Program-made: the position numbers and the translations under genes
Assembly: GCA_043823065.1 (NCBI GenBank)
Contig: JBDRBB010000010.1
Location: forward strand, 128,001-192,000
Direction: 5' to 3'
Source of the DNA: Pseudomonadota bacterium
Lineage (GTDB): Bacteria > UBA10199 > 2-02-FULL-44-16 > DYJF01
DNA: 64,000 bases
Notes under the pieces: generated by a model
Told to the model about the DNA's origin: nothing
The model's input: the letters and a program-made list of their open reading frames with translations, nothing else
The model's database searches: none
Part shown: one piece after another, positions 58,316 to 64,000 of the stretch
Layout of the letters: the number at the start of each line of letters is the position of its first letter
How positions within the stretch are numbered: position 1 is the stretch's first letter

Positions 58316-60163
58316 CTAGTGGCTTGTCACATATATTTCTGCAAATTGACTAGCTATATCTTCACCTTGTTTGGACTGTTTAAATTCAGGCGGGGATTTT
58401 ATATAAGCAGTAGCTAATTTGTCTGAAACAGGCTTGCCAATTAAACCAAACCGATAAGCATTAAAATAGTTAAGCGTTGCTGCTTGAAAACGTTCATGAG
58501 ATTCATCTAGCAAGCCAAAGGTAAAATAATTAAAAGCATTGATTAGATCGCGCTCATCTGTGGTTTTTATCTGATTAGGCCTTGGCCAAGGCACTATTTT
58601 GCGCAATAAATATTTACAAACATTTGCGTAATAATCACGATAAACCAAATCAGATTTTTCGATCCACGGTAAAGCTTGCTGATAGTTTCCCCTTACCATT
58701 TCAGAAATAACCGTAATCATAGCTGCTTTAGTGGTTGAACCGCCCTGATTTATGCCGGCCAACACCAAATCTTGTACATGATAATCGCCTTGTTTAATTT
58801 TGGTCAGGGCTGAATCTAATTTTAATTCTCCTTGGTTGGAATTTATAGCTGTTTCTTCTTGAAGATTACTCAGGTCTGGATTTTCAGTTTTAGTTGTTAA
58901 AGGTTGGGGATAGGAAGTACTTGCCTGAGCAACATTTAGCAATATTACCTGCGGTTTTCCTGGTTCAATATTGACGGTTTGTTTTAGCGGTTTACCCAGT
59001 CCTTGAGGAATTATCTCAATTTCATGCTCACCAGGTTTTAAATAAAATCGGCCTATACCAAATTGCGCTGGCAAGGTGCGCCAGCTTCTTTCATCTGCTT
59101 GTTCTGCAGCAGACATAGTTAAGCCCAAAAGACCTAGGCCCAGGCCAGCTAGTTGTTTTTCAGTTTCTTCTTCCATTAGTTCTGCTGAAGCAACATAAAG
59201 ACCAGTTTGCACTGGAACCTTGACCATTTTGCGGACCAAGCTTCTTTTTTGCCGTTCCTGTTGGGCCAATAAAATATCTTGGACAATATTATAAAAAGGA
59301 TAGGTTTGCCCCATTTCTTTACCGTCTATTATTACCTTAGCTGAATTAAAATTTTGGGGAAAACCTTTAGCAACAGGCATAGCTAAAGTATAAAGCCCGG
59401 TAGAGACAGTTTCACTGACATAAATTGGGCTTTGACCAGCTTTAGTCAGCACGATTAATTGCCCAGGATATTGGCGATAATTAGGGCTGACCTGCCAGGC
59501 CAAACTTTTTTGATCAGGTAACTGAGTTTGTAAATTAAGCTTGGCCCGAATTTTTTTTAAATCTTCACCATAATAAGGAACGCTTAAATTATGTTTATTT
59601 ATCCTGCTATAGGTAATTTGCGCGTCATTAATTTTACCCATAGTTTCCCAGACAATGGCAGACAAATATAAAGAAAAACCATTTTTTAAATCGCGTGGAT
59701 CGCCATATATTTTTTCTGCCAAAGTTTGTAACTTTCTAACTTCAACTAATGCTCCATCCCAGTCATCCAGCATAATATAATTTAACATGCAAATGACCGG
59801 TATCATTAAGCGCTCGTGCTTGTCGCCAGCATATTCAACTGCTTCCTCGCTCCACAAGGTGGCAGAAGTTTCGCGCGATAAACTTTTTATTGTGAAAATA
59901 TCACTTAGCTCCTCAGCTTTTTGCAGCACTTGATTGCTTTGTTGATATTCTTCAGCAGCATGCAGGATAATGCCCTTATCCAGCAAATAAAGCAGCTCAT
60001 CTCGACTACGAGGCTTCATTTTTTCAATTAGTTCTAAGGCTTTTTGATAATCACCCTGATGATAGGCATTGTGAGCAGAAGCAGCCTTCTTATTATAGGA
60101 AGAAACGCATCCGCATAGAGTAACTATAATTATAGCCGTACTAAATAGACGAAATAGGGACAT
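58316..60163 (-). CDS. COG3014-like TPR lipoprotein with C-terminal extension
   Basis: Lipobox LCGC; LY.LDKG...H, Y.G...E, A.VE.R, AD.RSWRTLP. Confidence 0.75.
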   Translation of the reverse strand: MSLFRLFSTAIIIVTLCGCVSSYNKKAASAHNAYHQGDYQKALELIEKMKPRSRDELLYLLDKGIILHAAEEYQQSNQVLQKAEELSDIFTIKSLSRETSATLWSEEAVEYAGDKHERLMIPVICMLNYIMLDDWDGALVEVRKLQTLAEKIYGDPRDLKNGFSLYLSAIVWETMGKINDAQITYSRINKHNLSVPYYGEDLKKIRAKLNLQTQLPDQKSLAWQVSPNYRQYPGQLIVLTKAGQSPIYVSETVSTGLYTLAMPVAKGFPQNFNSAKVIIDGKEMGQTYPFYNIVQDILLAQQERQKRSLVRKMVKVPVQTGLYVASAELMEEETEKQLAGLGLGLLGLTMSAAEQADERSWRTLPAQFGIGRFYLKPGEHEIEIIPQGLGKPLKQTVNIEPGKPQVILLNVAQASTSYPQPLTTKTENPDLSNLQEETAINSNQGELKLDSALTKIKQGDYHVQDLVLAGINQGGSTTKAAMITVISEMVRGNYQQALPWIEKSDLVYRDYYANVCKYLLRKIVPWPRPNQIKTTDERDLINAFNYFTFGLLDESHERFQAATLNYFNAYRFGLIGKPVSDKLATAYIKSPPEFKQSKQGEDIASQFAEIYVTSH

Positions 60164-60167
60164 AGCT

Positions 60168-60291
60168 AAATAACCAATGACCAAGAAACAAGATACAAAC
60201 AAATTACAATAACCAATATAATTTGTTTGATCATGGTATCTTGGAAAATTGGTTATTGTTTGGTCATTGTTTCTTGTATCTTGGTTATTTC
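60168..60291. repeat. AT-rich periodic palindrome (variant)
   Basis: AAATAACCAA..CAAGATACAA / TTGTATCTTGGTTATTT. Confidence 0.7.
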
Positions 60292-60292
60292 C

Positions 60293-60898
60293 TTATGGTC
60301 TTACTTGTTTTCTCTTAAACTTCTTTTTCAACTCAACTTCATCAGCCCAAAGTATTGCTGAAGTGCTAAGATCAGTAACTTCCAAGGTTGTCTTGTAATA
60401 GACAATTTCCTGCTTGCCTACAGGCTGCCTAATGGAAGATATGTGTCCGGAAATTAACCAGTCCGCACCAATTTGATTGCCCTTAAGCTTGGCTGTTTCT
60501 GGGTTAACATAACCAGAGGCTTGATATTCATATTCTTTGGCTAGAGCGTTGCGCAAGCGTTCGTTTAGAAAGACAAAACGATTGGTCTTAAGTAGCTTGG
60601 TACGAATCATGTTGGTTAAGGAAAGAATATCAATGTGTTCATCTGTGGCATTGGTAAACAAGCTGATAATAATGGCTGGTTTATTGTTTTTTGTCGCCAT
60701 TAGTTCGCTATTTAACAAGGAAGCGCTGAGTTGATCAGCTATAGTTTGCAGATCAGCTTCTACAAATTTGTCACTCAAAAGATGCACTTCTTCTGGTTCA
60801 ATATATTTCCCCTTAGTATAAACTTTCTTGGTGCCACAAGACATTAGCGGATAAGCCAGTGTACATGCTAATAATAGAACTAAAATTTTTGTTCTCAT
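60293..60898 (-). CDS. lpoB: LpoB-family lipoprotein (PBP activator-like)
   Basis: Lipobox MSC; N.T.EHID, EYEYQ.SG.V.PETA...G...GAD, W.DE..KK. Confidence 0.8.
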   Translation of the reverse strand: MRTKILVLLLACTLAYPLMSCGTKKVYTKGKYIEPEEVHLLSDKFVEADLQTIADQLSASLLNSELMATKNNKPAIIISLFTNATDEHIDILSLTNMIRTKLLKTNRFVFLNERLRNALAKEYEYQASGYVNPETAKLKGNQIGADWLISGHISSIRQPVGKQEIVYYKTTLEVTDLSTSAILWADEVELKKKFKRKQVRP

Positions 60899-60912
60899 TG
60901 TTCCCCCTTTTG

Positions 60913-61041
60913 AAATTCTAAGCACTAATTTCTAAACTCTAAACAAATTCAAATCACCAAAACTCAAAACAACTGTTTTGAATATTTGAATTTTGAATAT
61001 TAGATATTGTTTAGAATTTAGTTATTAGAAATTAGGATTTC
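60913..61041. repeat. AT-rich periodic palindrome
   Basis: Same family as 39902-40038; intra-operon. Confidence 0.8.
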
Positions 61042-62090
61042 TAAAATATATCTAATATTTTCTCGGCTATATTGCCTTCCACAAGTCGCCCCAGGGCCCT
61101 AACAGCAGATTTAGAAGCCATGCTGGCTGTTTTTTCATTTCCGCTGGCAGACCAGGTTAGGGCACCAATTATTTCTTCAGTTTCAGCATTGATCACTTCT
61201 AAATCAAGATCAGCTTGATAAATTTGCACAAAAAAATCACCCATTTTCATATTACCTTTATAATTAAGATCAGTTTTTCCAGATAAAATATATTTGCTAG
61301 TTGCCTCAGAACCTTTGGTGATAAAGCCAGCTTGGGCCAATCCTTTAATAATATAAGGTTTAACTCCATCTGCTGGACCCTGAATTTGGATTTGAAATTT
61401 AACTTGCTTGCCCAAACCGTACAGAATTTTTTGAATATCAGCTGCGCTCTGTGTGCCTTTATCCAGTTGTGAAATAGCCATCGGGCTTAGCACAGCATAA
61501 ATTTCGCTTTGCGCATTAATATTGTGGGCTAAATTAAGAGCGCGCCTAAAATGTTTGATTGCCAGTAATGGCTCTTCTTCTTGCTGAAACCCTTGAGCTG
61601 CTTCAAGCTCAACAAGTATTTCTTGTTTTAAATTATTAATTTTACTTTCAAGTTGTTTGGCGGATTTGGGGCGGTCAAGTACAGCCAGGGCATATACTAA
61701 GCCGTCTTTTTTATCTTTATAATAACTTTTAATTTGAACGCCTTGCAAAACTTCATCAGTGGTAACAGTTACAATATCAGTTTGGGTAGAAGAACTTTCA
61801 GGTTTTTCGGAACCAGACATAACTTCCCGTTGGGCCGTAGTTGTGGATTTAACCTGAGCGCGTAAGATTTTGGCGATTTCAGCCCTGGCTTGATTGCCAG
61901 CCCAATTAATTTGTTGGCCCTGGGCGCCTTTATCCAGAGGTGCGCTGCCAATGCCAATAAAATAACGAGGTTCAGGATATGTTTCGGAAGCACCGCTTAA
62001 CCAGTTGGGTGCTTTATTGCTGGAAGTTGCGCAAGCAAAAATAAGTGTGCATGACATTATAGTTACTAGAAAAAATTTAATATTTCCCAT
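61041..62090 (-). CDS. LPP20-family lipoprotein
   Basis: Lipobox FAC; P.W......Y..GIG.A...A...ARAEIAK; YALAVLDR. Confidence 0.75.
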   Translation of the reverse strand: MGNIKFFLVTIMSCTLIFACATSSNKAPNWLSGASETYPEPRYFIGIGSAPLDKGAQGQQINWAGNQARAEIAKILRAQVKSTTTAQREVMSGSEKPESSSTQTDIVTVTTDEVLQGVQIKSYYKDKKDGLVYALAVLDRPKSAKQLESKINNLKQEILVELEAAQGFQQEEEPLLAIKHFRRALNLAHNINAQSEIYAVLSPMAISQLDKGTQSAADIQKILYGLGKQVKFQIQIQGPADGVKPYIIKGLAQAGFITKGSEATSKYILSGKTDLNYKGNMKMGDFFVQIYQADLDLEVINAETEEIIGALTWSASGNEKTASMASKSAVRALGRLVEGNIAEKILDIF

Positions 62091-62092
62091 GA

Positions 62093-62710
62093 TTAATTCT
62101 CCTCTTGCATAGACTTTTCAATTACCGGCTCTTCCATTTTTTTAAGCTCCTGCAAAGCAGCTTGGGTATTTTCCTCAATTTTAAGGTCTAGTTCCTCGCC
62201 ACTCAACCCACGATTTTTGCTTTTAATCTTGGCAGCATTGGTGCGTTTAAATTGATCGTAAACTTGAGAGAAGAAATAATTAAGATCGATTTTAATCAGC
62301 GCCTGAAATTGTTTTTTCTTTTTATCATAATGTCTGGCTACAATTGCTGCACCCAAAAGCGTTTCATCAGCAGACGATTCTACAATGCTTTCAGAAATAG
62401 CATAATTGCTATTTCGAATTTCTTGAATATAGTTTGTAGTTAAAGATTGCATGAAACTGGCTACTTCAGCTCTGGCATTAAGATCAGCGCTTTTGCGTAA
62501 ATCAAATTTATCAGTCCAATCTGGATTAGAGTAGCCAATAGCCATAAAGATTTTTTCTTTACGATCCCAAGAATGACCTTCTTTTTTCCACCATTTTTTA
62601 TCTAGGCGCAACTCTTGGCCCCAATGATCTTCTTTGGCGCAGCCTAGATAAAAACAAGAAGCGCTAAAAACAACGATTACACTGAAAGTTATAAGTTTTT
62701 TAAATAACAT
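62093..62710 (-). CDS. LPP20-like lipoprotein
   Basis: Lipobox LGC; AIG.S...A..NARAEVA; L.GA.IV. Confidence 0.65.
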   Translation of the reverse strand: MLFKKLITFSVIVVFSASCFYLGCAKEDHWGQELRLDKKWWKKEGHSWDRKEKIFMAIGYSNPDWTDKFDLRKSADLNARAEVASFMQSLTTNYIQEIRNSNYAISESIVESSADETLLGAAIVARHYDKKKKQFQALIKIDLNYFFSQVYDQFKRTNAAKIKSKNRGLSGEELDLKIEENTQAALQELKKMEEPVIEKSMQEEN

Positions 62711-62787
62711 AATTACCCCCTTATTAGCTCGCAAATTACCTTATCTAAATCATCCTGTAAACCCTGAGAGTTAATGGTCTAAGATTC

Positions 62788-62902
62788 CAACAATACTGGC
62801 GTAGGGCGGCTTTTCGAACCGGACTGCCATTACTCAAGTTGCTAATAGTTTCGTAATAGCGTGAAGGAGGTGAGAAAAGTCGGCCGAAAGCTAGTATTGT
62901 TG
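62788..62902 (+). repeat. Structured intergenic motif, copy 3 of 3
   Basis: CAACAATACTGGC/GCTAGTATTGTTG terminal stem; reverse complement aligns with copies 1 and 2. Confidence 0.8.
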
Positions 62903-62993
62903 CATTATTTGGCTTAGATATTGCTTATTTTTAAGGTTGGTAAACCAGGGCTGAATTGTGTTATAAAAATAGTAAATAGGCAGGAGCGAGCAT

Positions 62994-64000
62994 ATGCGTA
63001 AAATATTAATTTTAATTATTTCAGCAAGTTATCTTGGTTTAGGCTTGCTTGGAGGTCTCTTAAGTTGTGTGAGCGAAGATAGCTATCAATTTGGCAAATT
63101 GGAGATTGAAACTCCATTAGAAGAAGGACTAAGCGCTGAAACTCTAATTGAATCAACTCTTCCAACTGCTGGCAGTACAGATGTAGATTTGGCCACTGTC
63201 ATTAAGGTAATTTTTAGCCAAAGAATAGACAAGAACACCTTAACTCCAGAAACTTTTATTGTGCAAAGCTTATCAAACCCTGTTCCAGGGGAAATAACGT
63301 ACGAGGAAGCTACTAGAACTGCGATATTCAAACCCGAGCACAGTTTAGGATTACTTGCCAATTATAAGGTGCTTCTAACCACAGGTATCAAAACTTCAAA
63401 AGAAGAAGCTTTAGCTGCAGATTACTCTTGGAATTTTTCCACGCGTGATGGCGTTTGGGAAACGCAAGCCAAAGAGTTAAAATGGTCAAACACAGCAGCC
63501 ACCAATCCTCAAGCAGCGATATCAGACAATGGAGATGCGGTTGTGGTGTGGCAACAAATAAATGTTGGAACTACCCCTCCTTATACAATTGTAGCTCGTC
63601 GCTATACTTTGCAAAATGGCTGGGAATCTTTGGCGCACCCAGTGGCCAATGCTGGTCCTAATTGTATTAATCCACAAGTGGGTATTGATGAACAGGGTCG
63701 AATGGTGGTGGTTTGGGCGCAAGGAGAAATTGCCAACAGAGATGTTTATGCAAATACGCCAGGCGCTAATGGCATCTGGAATCCAGCAACAGCCAAGCCC
63801 TTAGATAACTTAGAAGGCAGAACTGGTAGCCCTCAGCTGGCCATGAGTAAAACAGGACGTGCTTTGGCAGTTTGGACTCAACAGGAAGCAGCCCATCGTT
63901 GGTTTATATTTATTAATCAGTATTTGCCAGAACAAGGTTGGAATGTAGAACCTAAAAAAATTTCCTCTGCTTCTAATTCTTCATTTTCTCCAACAATAGG
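62994..64000 (+). CDS. Lipoprotein with bacterial Ig-like (Big_5-type) domain, 3' end outside window
   Basis: Not in ORF track (no stop in window); MRKILIL...LLSC; T.P..G..DV......V.FS..ID...A.F.P...L....Y...L..GIK....L...YSW.FST. Confidence 0.8.
   Translation, partial: MRKILILIISASYLGLGLLGGLLSCVSEDSYQFGKLEIETPLEEGLSAETLIESTLPTAGSTDVDLATVIKVIFSQRIDKNTLTPETFIVQSLSNPVPGEITYEEATRTAIFKPEHSLGLLANYKVLLTTGIKTSKEEALAADYSWNFSTRDGVWETQAKELKWSNTAATNPQAAISDNGDAVVVWQQINVGTTPPYTIVARRYTLQNGWESLAHPVANAGPNCINPQVGIDEQGRMVVVWAQGEIANRDVYANTPGANGIWNPATAKPLDNLEGRTGSPQLAMSKTGRALAVWTQQEAAHRWFIFINQYLPEQGWNVEPKKISSASNSSFSPTI

Noticed and set aside
701..62443. Many short antisense or alternate-frame ORFs overlapping recognised genes
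   Set aside because: Nested in well-supported CDSs, with no motifs or RBS support.
63086..63804. Short ORFs in the track near the window end
   Set aside because: Shadows of the long open frame starting at 62994 that runs off the window.
1..64000. CRISPR array or cas operon
   Set aside because: No regularly spaced direct repeats seen; the Cas4-like Cys pattern at 18057 belongs to a TM0106 nuclease with no cas genes nearby.

Overview
AT-rich bacterial chromosome segment. Gene content and order (carD-ispD-ispF-cysS, pilD-HTH-TPR-ExeA, thrombospondin-3 repeat proteins with a C-terminal sorting tail, orphan SctJ) suggest a deltaproteobacteria-like lineage; this is inference. Most of the window is housekeeping and envelope genes, with four tRNAs and a TPP riboswitch before thi4. 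The main accessory feature is an ~8 kb integrative element (11996-20055) bounded by TTGCTCC direct repeats at a duplicated tRNA-Asn 3' end. It carries a SpoVG-like plus gene II/X-type replication module, HNH and Fic genes, a coupled UvrD-like helicase + TM0106 RecB-like nuclease pair (candidate defence system), and an internally deleted serine recombinase whose att site lies inside its own reading frame. Intergenic DNA holds several long palindromic families, including a three-copy ~115-120 nt motif with compensatory changes, and one palindrome sits in frame inside a 5'-nucleotidase. Five sigma-54 promoters, most with IHF sites, precede orphan genes, and four GCAAC-N16-18-CGATAAT promoter-like motifs occur, two of them before candidate sRNAs. 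An archaeal-type gatD is also present. All calls come from motif recognition by eye; no searches were run.
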